Source: Podarcis filfolensis (lineage: Eukaryota). From it: a stretch of DNA of 64,000 nt. The stretch is taken from the NCBI GenBank assembly GCA_964270895.1, contig OZ185440.1; one strand, 5' to 3'. A model generated the notes under the pieces. That model was not told where the DNA came from. It was given only the letters and a program-made list of their open reading frames with translations, and did no database searches. Made by a program: the position numbers and the translations under genes. This document shows positions 1-12,600 of the stretch, one piece after another. The number at the start of each line of letters is the position of its first letter. The first letter of the stretch is position 1.

Positions 1-423
1 ACCAACAGAGAGTTCAATTCATCTCACTTCATGGGAGCACTACGTATGCTGCATTGTCCTCAGCAAGGATATGGTCTCTGGCAATTACAGTAGGTAAATT
101 CTGTCTTTCAGAACATAAGTGGTAATTCTTTCATTAGCCTTCTCTTAAGAACTGAGTTGTGAAATGGCCCCAGCTGTGTGCTCTGGGAAATAAAGCGCTT
201 CAATTTGATTTCTCTCAAGTAACTGGCTTTACTCTGCAGGCGAGGAAATAAGAACTTTCTTCGTTTTCTTCTGCGGATGGTAAAAAAAAATATGAACAAG
301 AAAAGCTCAGCCCAATTGCACAAAGGAAAAGGGTGGGGAGAGTTAAGTGGAGTCTAATGCTGGTAAGATTATGCAGTGGCCCTCTTTCCTCTCTTGTTTT
401 CTAAACGTTTTAAACTGACTCTC

Positions 424-424
<1 letters not shown>

Positions 425-454
<30 letters not shown>
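425..454. repeat. (TATG)n microsatellite
   Basis: Direct tandem repeat visible in sequence. Confidence 0.95.
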
Positions 455-455
<1 letters not shown>

Positions 456-720
456 CCTCGTTTCCAGCTATGTATGTTTTAATTTTCCAAATACATATAA
501 TGCAAAGTCAGTTGTTAGTTCTGGGGTCAGAGGCATGGGTGGAACAAATGTGCTTTATCTAATCAGTTCTGATTTGATTTATAGCTGCTTTAAACGAAAC
601 ATCTGGGATACGGAAGGTCAAATCTGTAGTATTATACCTCCACTGTGGCATTTATTTATAGCATTGCAGTAATACAAGTCTAGTTCTGCATATATTTGAC
701 TGACATTTCATATATCACTT

Positions 721-722
<2 letters not shown>

Positions 723-763
<41 letters not shown>
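723..763. repeat. (TA)n microsatellite
   Basis: About 20 perfect TA units. Confidence 0.97.
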
Positions 764-767
<4 letters not shown>

Positions 768-1711
768 CACACATTCTGTGAACCAATGCCTTGTGGAATA
801 CCAGATTTAGGGAAGTGGGTGGTTTCCCTGCACAGGGTGCTGAGCTGAGGGGGTGCAAAATTGAGAAGATCCGTAACTAAGAAGATCCATTTTGGGGCAC
901 CACCTTTTGGCCTCACATAGGGTCCATGTTACATAAGATTACCAAAGTCTACCCCTGGTCCTCTGTACAGATCAGCAGCAAAACCCCACTTAGCATCTTC
1001 CTGTTACCTCTCCACATAAATGTTGGCATCTTCAACCCCTTCAAGTTGGTCAGTGCTCAGGATTAGACCCATACGGGGATAGTTATTTCAAATACGTTCC
1101 TAAAAGCTAGAGAAATTTCTCCTTGTATATAAGAAAGTTCCAGCCCAGCCCTCACTAGCAGAAAGAAAAGTGCCTACTGAGGCACTTCCTATCACCTTAT
1201 CAACACACACATTAACCGAAAGGAGGAGAAAAAGCTTGGAAAACGGAAGCAGAGAAGATGAGACCAGGGGGGAAAAATATTACAGAGGATTGGCAGTGGT
1301 GAACTTCTTTCCAGAAATAAGAACTTCCAAGATAGAATACAAGTCAAAATTTATTTTAGGGCAGTTTTTCTTTGTGGGGACAATAAAAGCAAAGACAGGT
1401 CTACTGTTGAGATTCTGGCAAGAGTGATGTGCTTTGCAGAAGACCCTGAAGAATTTATAAATGGTTTACAGGCTTTTGGCTCCAAAATTTAGGATTTATA
1501 GTTTATGGAGGGCTAGCTTAATTCTTTGCCTGCAGGTCAGATACAGCAAACTAGAGGGGTATTACACTTCTTAATTTTGTGTGCACAAAAACAGGAAGCT
1601 TGATCAAGCACCAGACCTTGAGATCCTTTGAATCATAGGGTTAGAGTCTTGACATTTAGCCTACACCCCTGATTGATGTAGGAAAACCTGAGCTAGATCA
1701 GAACAGTGGGC

Positions 1712-1741
1712 TGTGTGTGTGTGTGCGCGCGCGTACGCACA
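1712..1741. repeat. (TG)n(CG)n alternating purine-pyrimidine tract
   Basis: tgtgtgtgtgtgtgcgcgcgcgtacgcaca. Confidence 0.9.
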
Positions 1742-3299
1742 GGAGCATCATGGGTGGCACAGCCAAAAATAACAACTGTGGCACCAAATCCCTATACAGC
1801 TTGCCTCTTCTTTAGGTTGCCCTTCTCCCCATTTCTGTTGCAGTGCTAAATCTGACATGGGGAAAAGCTGCTTTCTGGACACAGCTTAACAGAGTCAAAG
1901 AACAAAGCCCACCCTGTCAGTGAAGTGGAGTGTAACAGCCTTTTCAAGAGCTGCTATTCCTTCTGTTTGATGAAAGCAGTGATAGATTGAGCTACCAGAT
2001 GGAATGTGTCCTTTTTCTCTTGGCATACAGACTGTTTGTTTTGGAAGTCCAGAAGAATGACAGGTTTATAGTTGCCAGCACACTGGATGTCAGAGATTGC
2101 ATTTACAATTCAGTATTCCTGTTTGCCATGGACTTTTTGAGAAGCTCTTGAATAGTTGTGCACTTACTTTTCAGTAATATTAATCCAACTCTAAATCATG
2201 GGTGCATCCAACCAAACTAATTAAAAGAGCTTAGTATTTTCCCATTGCTTTTTATATAGTTCAGATTTTATGGCTCATAGTATCAAAATGCAGTCTTATG
2301 GGAATTATAGCATTTGATGCGCAGGCATCGAAAGAAAAATATCAAGTTAATGCAATGATGATGAATCTCCTTTTGATTCAGAATTATTTGTGTAATTATG
2401 AGCTTTCTCTTTAAAGATTTATTTCTAAAACATCAGAGATTCCAGGAGTTCCAAACTGACGTTGTTGTTGTTGTCTCCTGGTATTTAAAGTTGTCAACAT
2501 CAGTCTTGGCAGACAACCGCTTGAAAACACTGCACTCCTCCCCAAAGGAGAGTAAGCCCTTAATATTACAGAAATTTTAAAAAGTTGGCAATAGAGTTGA
2601 GATAAGCCTTCTTCATGCATTAATATTGATCATGAAAATGCATTAATATTAATTATGAAAGAATAGTTTTCTGTATTGCATGAAGACGCTTCACATGGTC
2701 AAAAGGAAGTGAGATCGTGACTCCTGTGATTTCTGGCCTCCTCCCTGATGTCAAATACTAGGCTGTCCTCTCATCTTAACATGCACTCATTGAGTGTGGA
2801 CATCAAGGCTTGGGTCCAGATTAAAATGTGACATGAGAGCAAAGCACCAAGAGGTGAGACTTCCTTAAGGTTCTACTTGTGGAGTCCATTCACATACTAT
2901 AGTTATAGCATTTTCTGGACCTTTACGTTTTGATCTGAGACACTTCTCTGGGCTTCATCCACTGAGGGAGTTTGAGAGATTGACCACAATGGTTTTTAAT
3001 TGTAGCTTCCTCTTTGTGCTCTCCTCAGTGAGGTCTGCCCGGCAGCAATGTTAACATTGTTTTGGTGCCAGGTAAAACCGTAGCTCTCTTTCCAAGAATT
3101 TGATGGAGTATGATGGCTTTGCTGCTTATTGATTATATATACTTTTGCTGCTGAAGTTTTAGATGCTGTTTTATTAGGTCTGCTCTATAAGTTCTTGATA
3201 GAGGAATAGAGGAAGTATTTAAGAGTGCAGTGCACTAACAAACCACTTGTGCTTGGATATCACCTTTCCTTCAATTAAAGTTTGTGCAATATACTGAGT

Positions 3300-3432
3300 T
3301 ATCTTACTTAATACCTACAACAACTCTCTCAGATAGGCTTATCTGAGAGATAGTATTTTAGCCAGGTTTACCATATGAGCTTTATAAGTCAGTTTGAACT
3401 TGGACCTCCCCAATCTAAGGCCATCTATTACA
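3300..3432 (-). mobile_element. Degenerate MIR-like/CORE SINE fragment
   Basis: Resembles the reverse complement of the squamate CORE-SINE body (acaactct...aggtttaccatatgagcttt...tttgaacttggacctccc); heavily diverged. Confidence 0.35.
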
Positions 3433-3510
3433 TGTTGTTGTTTAGTTGTTTAGCCATGTCCGACTCTTCGTGACCCCATGGACCAGAGCACGCCAGGCAC
3501 TCCTGTCTTC
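3433..3510 (-). mobile_element. BovB (RTE LINE) 3' end, severely 5'-truncated
   Basis: Reverse complement reads gaagacaggagtgcctggcgtgctctggtccatggggtcacgaagagtcggacatggctaaacaactaaacaacaaca, the squamate BovB 3' end with (CAA)n tail; near-identical to the copy at 36080. Confidence 0.85.
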
Positions 3511-6500
3511 TACGAGCCTATGTAGCAAGTTGTGAGAGGTCTCTGCCCCAATATTTCAGGATGTCACAGAAGGGAATGGAGAACCATGTGGGCTGGGGTC
3601 CATCCTTTCTTCAGAGAGTCAGGTGTCCATGTTAGTAAAAGAGGTAGGTGGCCAATTAGCAGGGCCAAGTGAACCAGAAGCAAAAAGGACTGACTGAGGT
3701 CCTGTTGCCAAGGATGTAACACCATCTGCACGAGCGAAGAGACCAAGGCCACCCCATGCTCTGTCGTCCTGCTTGTAATGAGAACTGTACAACTGCCTGG
3801 TTCCACCCTGCTCCTTAAAAGCAGAGCGGGAGGAGTATGTCAAGTATATCCTGTATCCTGTATTTCAAGCAAATGCTGAGATTGTACTGGTTTCTTAAAC
3901 AAAGCTGCTAGGTTTCCTTGAGCTGAGAGTCTGAGTACTGTGTCCAAGGGGTGAAGCCAGGACATAAATGCTGAAAGCATCAAACTTACTGCAGTATCCA
4001 GTATCCAGACTGGCACTGTGTAATACTGCATACTGCAATACTACATACCCACATCTACTGCCACTCCCAGACAAACCCAGTAATAGCTGTAGCTGTTATC
4101 TTTCTAAGCAGGCCATCTGCAGTAGCAAATAATGTGGCTCTCAACTTATCTTGGTCTGGCCAGAAAGAGATGATACTGCTTCTTGCCTTAAAAAAAGGTA
4201 ATTTATCCATCTCAACTCTGCAGCTGTAATTCTCCTTCCATCTGTTAGTAGATCATTCTTTTCCCTTCACTTAATTGTTTGTTGGAGCACTAGTTGGGAT
4301 AGGATTTGATGATTCACCCCTTGCCATTCTTCCGCTATGCTATTGCAATTATGTACCTGTTCACAATGATTGTTATCATGTGTCCTTAAGTGCTGAGGTG
4401 TGTTGTTCCATTTGTGTCTGTCTTTTGTTCTCAGAGGAGCTTCTCCATGGTTTTCACCTTCAAACAAACGGAAATGCCATTGTCTGTCTTTGAAAGTCTG
4501 TCTTAAATACTTGCTAATTGAAGCTTAATTTGCTCTTAGGTGTAATTTACCTGGTAAAACCTACTAGAAATTATCTGCAGTTGGTTTTAGGTACTTGATT
4601 TTCATATATCTGTTATCCAATTATAGACTTTTAAAAAATCTTTTTTTAAAAAAATGTATGAAATCCAAGTTATTTGACTTGACCAACAAGCCCCCAACCA
4701 GCACAATGTTCCCATGAAATGCAGAATAATTATAATTATGTGTTTTTCTAGTGGTTAATACAGTCAGTTGTTAAAAATAAAAATGTTGACATTTTCAGAA
4801 TTTGTAGAAGTCGGGGTTCTTGCAAACGCCCAAAATTATAGACATGCTTTTAAGGAAATTGCATTGAATGGCGTAGTTACAAGTTTTTCACTTTGTTGTC
4901 AAAACCAGCATTCTTATCAACTAGACTGGTTTGATGGGATTGTTGGCAAGAGATGAAAGAGTGGACTACTAATCTCTCGTATTCTGTACCTGTCCCACTC
5001 ATGCCCAGTAATCCTTGCCTGGAGGCCATCTTCTCCCCATCAGCAGTTGCATTCTCTGGTTGGGGTGGGAGAGGGTCGAGAAAGTTTGTTGGGGAGTGAT
5101 GCCAAGGGAGGCAAAGAGGTGTATTTTGGGATGCCCACCTGTGCTATGTCAGCTAAGCAAAAGTGAACAACTTTCTAGTAACAGTTGTACAATTTACTGA
5201 GTCCTTTTAGGAGATTATCACAAAAAGGGCACATGTTCACTCTGTATAATATCTTGTACTGCCTTCTTCTAATGCAAGCTAATTTCTTTATTTGCCAGGC
5301 ACCACAGTGGATGTTTCTGTCAGTCAGCTTTAACTCTGTAGGGAGTTTGCTGTAGTTTTGAATAAGGAATAAAATGGAAAAGTGGCTTACCTGATGATTT
5401 TCTGAGGGATTATAGTTTTATGTAGGAATAATCTGGTAGATCGGATTGCTAAGGAAAATCCATAGAAATTCACTGGAGCATAACAAATACTGAAGTTGGT
5501 GTTTATTGTTCCTCCAAACTGCTGAGGCTAGAATTATTTTCTAAAGTTTGCTGGGGAAGGGGGGGGGAGTAGAGGTGAATTGCACACAACATTAAAAAAT
5601 GTAAGTGTGCCAAGAAACCTTTACTGGCGTGTGTATATATATATATATATATGCGCCCTACTAAACTCTCTCTGGAAAACCAATACTAGATTTTTGATTT
5701 TTCCTTTAATATATGAAACTTTTGTTGTGAAAAGTCTCTTTACATCTAGAATTAAATGTTTATTATGTCCAATCAAAGCTGGAAAATCTTCTGGAAATTA
5801 TGAAAGACCTGCTTGGGTAGAATATGCATCTTGTAGCTGAGCAAATTTTTCATTGTAATCTAAAGGAATGGTGTGGCTTGTCTCTTGGGCTCTGATGACC
5901 CCTATGTTGAACATTGCAGAAGGAGCCTCACTTGCTTGTGGTCCCTTTGTTTGCATATCCTTTGGGTGACATCATCTTTAGGGTTTAGATGGCTGGAGAT
6001 AGGGATGGCCCAGGAGATTGATGGAGCTAATCCTGCCTTAGTTGAAGTATGTCCTGATAAATGATTTCCACCTAATCAGGTGGTGTAACATCTCTTATTT
6101 ATTGGCGGGCGGAGAGAGAGAATATAGGTAGCTGACAGATCTGACAGGAGTGGAGTGGCAAACAAAACAACACTAAAGCATAATGATAATGCATTTCCTA
6201 ATGGTCTCCTCTGCAGCTGTATACACTGATTTAATCTTTCCCAAGCATTCCTTGTTTATGAGGCCTTTGGGTACAATTTTACGCCTCACTGAAGAGGTTG
6301 CTAATAGCTGCCATATTTGTGTTTAAGGACCTGCAAAGGATTAAATATTTTAAAGCAATGAGCCATAATAAATTTATAATATATCGAGAATAATAAACTG
6401 CTTTTATCAAATAATTAACTACAAGGCTAGTGAACATCAGATGACAAACCTGCTAATTAAAAACCTGGCATCTAAGCATATAGCCATGTGAGGACCTGAT

Positions 6501-7299
6501 GACCACATGGCACACTCTTTCTGTGCGCCCCAGGTGCATATCAGTGCACACTGCAGCTTTTATTATTATACTTCCTGTCTGACTCTCATTGGGAAGTCAT
6601 GCTTCAGAATCTGAAGCACTCGGGGGACTGAGCAGTTTGGTTGCACACACATTCTATGTTGTATAGACCCAATTACTTAATTTTAGATTCTGGATTTAAT
6701 GGGCTGATCCCCACCCCCAATTGTTAGATGGCAATGTGTATTTCTTCCAAATGTCACTGCCCTGGTGTCTTTCAGGGCCTTCTTGTTCATGCTACTGAGT
6801 GGGGCCCTGGTTGTCTGCCCCAACACCCTGCCACTTTCAGTTATCACAATGCCAAAGTCACGTTTTACATGTAATTGTACATTGCTTAGGTAATACATTC
6901 TGAGCAAGTAGAGTACAAATTGAGAAAAGTACTCAATTTTTCTAAAGCATGCTAAAAATGTTCCTCTGTTCCTCTGAAGTGCTTCTTCTTATGTTTAATT
7001 GCTGACGCAGTACTAGTATCTTATTAATCCAGACATCTGGTCCTTTATATCAGATACAGCCCTGCGGATGCTCAACACACTAGGGAGATAAGCTCTTTTC
7101 TGTTATCACTGTGGTTTCCTATGAAACCTACAAAGTTCTCTCTGCCTTCTGCCTTTACCAATCCAAAGGGGCACCAGCCACCATTGGCTGCCTGGCAGGC
7201 CATTTCTTCTGTATTACATACATCATTGCAGCCCACCATAATATAGCTGCCTTTACTGCCACATTCTATACCAACTTAAGCTTCCAAAGTCTCTTCAAA

Positions 7300-7600
7300 G
7301 GTAGAATTCAAAATGTAGAGCACATCGCAGTAATCCAACTAAGACGTTCTACCATTGGAAGAGCTGCAGCTGGTCCACCAGCCTAAGCTGGGTAAAGGCA
7401 TTCCTGGCCACCAGGGCATCCAGAGATAAAGTTGAATCCAGGAGCACCTCCAAACGACAAACCTCATTCTCCAAGAAGAGTATGACCCTAGTTCAAATAA
7501 GGTTGAATCCCTATTCCAGAACTCGTTTCTCTTCTGATCAAGAGGTCATTGGTCTTTGCTGCCTTATTAGCTTTTATCAAACCCCTTAGCACCCACAAAA
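7300..7600 (-). mobile_element. Old L2 LINE ORF2 (RT) fragment
   Basis: gtagagcacatcgcagtaatccaac and ccaggagcacctccaaacgacaaacc resemble antisense L2 RT C-terminal sequence; frames are broken. Confidence 0.45.
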
Positions 7601-8662
7601 GCAGAAGGAAGCCATGTCTTCTTAACTGCCTGCAAGGGAGCTTTCTTTTTTCTTGGTTTGACATGTTACCATAAAAATGCAAATGTGGTGCATGCACCAT
7701 CCTGCACACGGGGTTGTGTTGCTTTTCTCTATGTGGGTGGTACCATCTACACTAACAAAGGGTGTCCCAGACTGCCAAAAAGATTGCCAAGCGAACACAA
7801 TGGTCTGTGTGTGCCATAGACTTTGAGCTTTTCCAGGACTGAGTGTATTGAAGTAGCGAATCTAAGTCTCCCAGGAAATGCTGGACAAACAAGACCTTGT
7901 AGTCAACATTTACCACATTGTTTATTTAAACCAGTTCTGTATAGTCAGGGTTGCAACTCATTGAAAGCTGCTTGGGTAAAGAACATCATATTATACATTG
8001 TATGTGGGTAATTGCAGGCTGTAACACTACCAGCCATAAATGCAGCACACTTTATTGAAAAGAGTTAAAAATGAGACAAACTAATGAGCAGAGGTTTTGT
8101 TTTAAAGACAACAATTATACAGAATGGGAATCTCTTTCAATTTTGGTTTATTACTGTGCTGAATAGATTTCTTTACTGCTTTGTGTTGAGCTTCAATGAA
8201 ATACATTATAACACATAAGATCATAATTTGGATTTGTGCTATTTTGGTATTGCAAACAGCTTCATGTGGTACAAAAAACACTGTAGCATCTTCTTACATT
8301 TGATGCAAATATCCAAGAAGAAACAAATAGCCTCAAAAATTGCTATTATTGTATAGTGTTTGTGGCCATGATTATCATCATATGCGAGCAGGGTGAAGCT
8401 GCCCTTCTGAAAACTTTCCATAATGGCTGCCTGGGTTATAATTGATTCTATATCTGATACGTTTAAATGATCCTAATTGGTCTGATGACAAAATAAGGAA
8501 ACTGAGAAAAGGCCCATGCTTGAACCCTGCATTTAAATTGTAATTTTCTATTACTTTCTTTTGGAATGTTTTTAAACACCACTTCCTTTGCTTGCTAAAA
8601 TTCTTGTAACTTGCATATTCTGCACACTCTATGAAAATAGTACTCCTTTTTTATTTCTGCTG

Positions 8663-9659
8663 CAGGACTAGGGAACCTTTCTCAGCCCAAGGGTCGCAGT
8701 TTCTTCTGGGCACCCTTCTGGGGGACACATGTTGGTAGTAGGCAGGGGCAGGGGCGTACGAAGTGGGGGGTGGAGGGGGTGGTCTGACCTGGGTGCCACT
8801 TTGAGGGGGGGAGGTGGCCCCTGCCTCCCCCCACCTGTAGAGCAGCCAAGGGCGCGCACAGTCCGTATGGGATGCCACTCTCATTTGCTGTCCATAGAAT
8901 AGACTAGAATTTCCCCAGCCACTCTGGGCGGCTCCAACAGAGTATTAAAATACAGTGGTCTATTAAACATTAAAAGCTTCCCTAAACAGGGCTGCCTTCA
9001 GATGTCTTCTAAAAGTCTGGTAATTGTTCTTCTCTTTGACATCTGGTGGGAGGGTGTTCCAGAGGGCGGATGCCACTACCGAGAAGGCCCTCTGCCTGGT
9101 TCCCTGTAACTTGGCTTCTCTCAGTGAGGGAAATGCCAGAAGGCCCTCAGTGCTGGACCTCAGTGTCTGGGCTGAATGATGGGGGTGAAGATGCTCCTTC
9201 AGGTATACTGGAACGAGGCTGTATGGGTGTCCATTCAGGCTGCCTCTCACACGGCAATCGTATGGACTGCCACACGTGCGTCACTGGGAGGTTCGCCCCA
9301 CCCCTTGGCATTCCGCCCCGGGTGCCGGAGAGGGTTTCTCCACCACTGGGCAGGGGCATAGGCAGAAATGGGTGGTGGGGCAATGAATACAAATGGTACT
9401 TCTGTACAATGGGCTAGTTTCTATGCATACCCCTCTCTGTCCTCCGTCCAGGCAAGTAAGAGGCATTATCAGAGCTCAGGAGTACATTCCAGCCAGGCAA
9501 ATGCATTCAAGAAGGGGATAAGTAGGGCTGGTGACAGGTTTGGTCTATAGTGAGTGAGTGTGTCTGGGGAAGGGGTGTGGTTTGGAGAGAGTCCCAAGGA
9601 TCAGATTGAGAGGCCTGGGGGCCACATTTGGCCCTTGGCCCTGAAGTTCCCCACCCCTG
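8663..9659. mobile_element. Composite hAT-type non-autonomous element(s) with nested insertions
   Basis: Left end caggactagggaac, right end gttccccacccctg (11/14 inverted match). Flanks ttctgctg/ttctacac are not a convincing TSD, so the two ends may belong to different copies. Confidence 0.45.
8911..9225 (-). mobile_element. Young L2 LINE fragment (ORF2 C-terminus plus part of 3' UTR)
   Basis: ORF 8963-9250 encodes ...YLKEHLHPH...LRSSTEGLL...RAFSVVASALWNTLPPDVKE...FRRHLKAALFREAFNV, the L2 ORF2 C-terminus; highly similar to 46375-46983. Confidence 0.9.
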
Positions 9660-12600
9660 TTCTACACCAAACGTCTGTCATGAAAATTGTATCCTGGCGG
9701 TAGTTCTATAAGTTGTGATTATGTAACATCAATAACGCCCCCCACTCCAAGATCCAAGTGTATCACAGCCAAAATTGTGTAGTTTAAAATAATACTCTGT
9801 TATTTCTCATGCTTAGACCTGTTTTGATTACCTCTGCTCTTGTTCTCCTGTGTCTATATTAAATGGCAAGCCCCCTTGGGAAAGGAACCTGTGAAATTGT
9901 TCTTTATAAAGCACCACATATGCAAATAGCCCTGTACAAATTATTGTTATGATTGTTATTACTGTACTACCACCACCAATAATAATAATAATAATGTTAA
10001 GAGTGGAAGGCCTCAATTCCCAGTGATATTGGAGGCCCCTGCTCTAAGAATTTGGCTATGCCACTTCTCAGATAAACCAAAAGCAAAATATTCTTCAAAT
10101 CCGGGAAACCCTATTTTTTTCTTTATTTATATTTTATATGTGGCACATGCATCATAAAGGGAAAGGTTATGCAAACAAGAGAAAATGTTTGCACAAAGTG
10201 AATTATGCAGTGAGAGCAATGAGAACTTGATTCATTGAGTTATGCTTTTATAATCAGTGAACAAAAATAAAATATATGATCTATTTAGCTGACACAGCTT
10301 GACTACTTGGATTCATGATTAACTACTTCAGTTGATTCAACAGGCCATGATTTACTCACAAAGTTAAGTCAGTAAGTAATAAAGAATAATACCCACGAGC
10401 TACTGGCAGACAATTTACAAATGGCAAAATGGGCTGAGAACACATTTAATACATTATTTTTTCTGTGAATTAGTCACTCAGTTCTAATTAGCACTCCATT
10501 ATGAAAAATAGCATGGGGGCCTTTTGAAGACCCCATGGGTTTTGTGTTTGGGTTTACAGCCCTTGTGCATTACCCCTCCTCCTACACACTATGCTGGGGA
10601 CTAATGGTTATCCTAAGCCTCAAAGTGCTCAGTCAGTGCCTTAATTGTCATTCAAAACAGTATCCATGTCAACTCAATACATACAAATTTTTCAAACATT
10701 CTTGTTCCAGGAATGAACCCTGGGCTTCTTTGGAAGTTCACTAGGGGTTCCTCAATAGAAGGATCAAAAATGGCAGTCAGGTTTTTCTGAAATATGACTT
10801 GCTCCTAATCTTCCTCTGCAATATACAGCTGCAGCAGTGTTCATGCAAGGTAATGAAAAAGCCCAGTATGCCTAGCCAGCCAGCCATGCAAACTGACCAT
10901 TCAACTTAGAACACACCTAAGGGCCTTCTACAATATTAAGAAATGGGGACTTCAATCCGTGAAGATTTGAAAATGAACACCTCCCTTGTTTTCTTATAAT
11001 GGCAATGGCGCTAACCTGAGAGGCACTGGTAACTTCGGCTGAAAAAAAAGCCCTGCTTTTGACCATCTCGGAGGAGAAGATGGGAGGGGGAGAGCTGTAG
11101 ACTCTTAGGTTCAATAAGGAACTCTTAATACTAGATCGTACTTTAGCATTATGTGAGAATCCTCCAAATAAGAGATAGTCCAGTTACTGCACTTTGGATA
11201 TGTCTTGACACCTTTATATCCAGAGTATGTTCCTCCTAATGCAGCCTGATTTTAGCTGGAGTGAGTCCCACAAAGTTCCATGGACTTTCTGGCTTCAACA
11301 TTCAGCCAGCTTTCTCTATTGCCCTAATTTCTTTTAGTTGAATCCAGTCTGATTAAAAGTTCTAGACAACTGAAAAGCTTGCTTAGTACTGTGTGGTATT
11401 TTAATTGGACCTCATACAGGTAATGCCTAATTCTAGATTTTGATCTCCCCCCCCCCACAAAAAAATAAACCAGTGTGTATTTGAGCTATAAAGTTGTATC
11501 CTAAATGCACATGCATAGGCCTTGGGGGAAAAAAATGGTTTATAATCTGTAGAGAGTTCTTCTTATGTACCTCAGCCAAATAATTTTAAAGTCCAGGAAG
11601 GTAAGTATAATGCCCATTTTTGGCAGGCCCATTCTAAGTAAATTGGCAATGCATTCTTCATTCAGCTATGTGTGTTCGTGTGTGCATTTGCACATATCAA
11701 CCTCTTTGCTTTACAGAACTCCCCCCCCCCCCAATCTCTTCCCTACTCATCTGACAGCTTGCACACTGTGTTATTCAAAAGTTAACAGAGGAAAGAAGAC
11801 AAAAAAAGAAGGCAAATACCATGCTGTCGCTGAAAACTGACACGATAATTTATGCTGCATTAAAAACCCTTCCCTGAGGCAATGCTTTAATAAGATTCCT
11901 AGTCAGAAGTCAAGCTCTGCCCAGTAATTCACTCTAAATCCTCAAATGTGCATGGAAACTGTAAAGCCAGACTGAAGAAACTAGAGGCACATATATGAAA
12001 TTAACCAAACTTAATGTCAGCTCAACTTTATAAATGAAAGGAAATGAGGGATGCAATACCAACTGAAGGACAACATTTCTATCAGTGACAGGCTCAGCAA
12101 AGGTTGTTTGAAATACAGTTTTATTAGGTTTGCTTAAAGCGCATATTCAGTATGATGGTTTATTTTTTATCTTAAAAAAATTATTAAAATGAGAAATGCT
12201 ACATTATGAAGGAATTTTGTGGAAGACAAAGATTCACGTAATAATATTGCAGATAGTGCATTATATTAAATGGTGCTTCTGTGTTTTATTGAAATTTAAA
12301 CACTTTAAAATATTTTTTAACAATGCATATGTTTCTGATTCATAATATTTGAATAATAGATATTAATGAGATCCCACATGTTTTATTGATTTGGATTATT
12401 CTTGGATACTTTCATCCATTTCTCTCAATTGTCAGAGATGGATAAAGCAAAATATCTTTTCCTTTGTTACATTTCTACAATTAGGTTGCAGGCCTAAGCC
12501 CATGTACCTGGAACCATTGAACTCAGCAGGTCTGCCTTCTGAGTTCCCATGTCAGACATACTAAACCAATTTCTCCCTGTACTTGTCAAACACAGTGAAT

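Noticed and set aside
240-279. 40-nt plus-strand exon-like segment (RGNKNFLRFLLRM), reminiscent of the GABRG2L LLRMFSFK insert or the RBFOX B40 exon
   Set aside because: Sequence matches neither exon, and it overlaps a stronger acceptor on the opposite strand
2350-2465. Possible C/D snoRNA (ATGATGA ... CTGA about 100 nt apart)
   Set aside because: Only a 4-bp terminal stem with a wobble, no clear C'/D' boxes, and no rRNA-complementary guide that I recognise
6683-6907. YYLSNVQLHVKRDFGIVIT resembling the CR1 EKDLGV region
   Set aside because: A single short motif with no adjoining RT motifs; too weak to list
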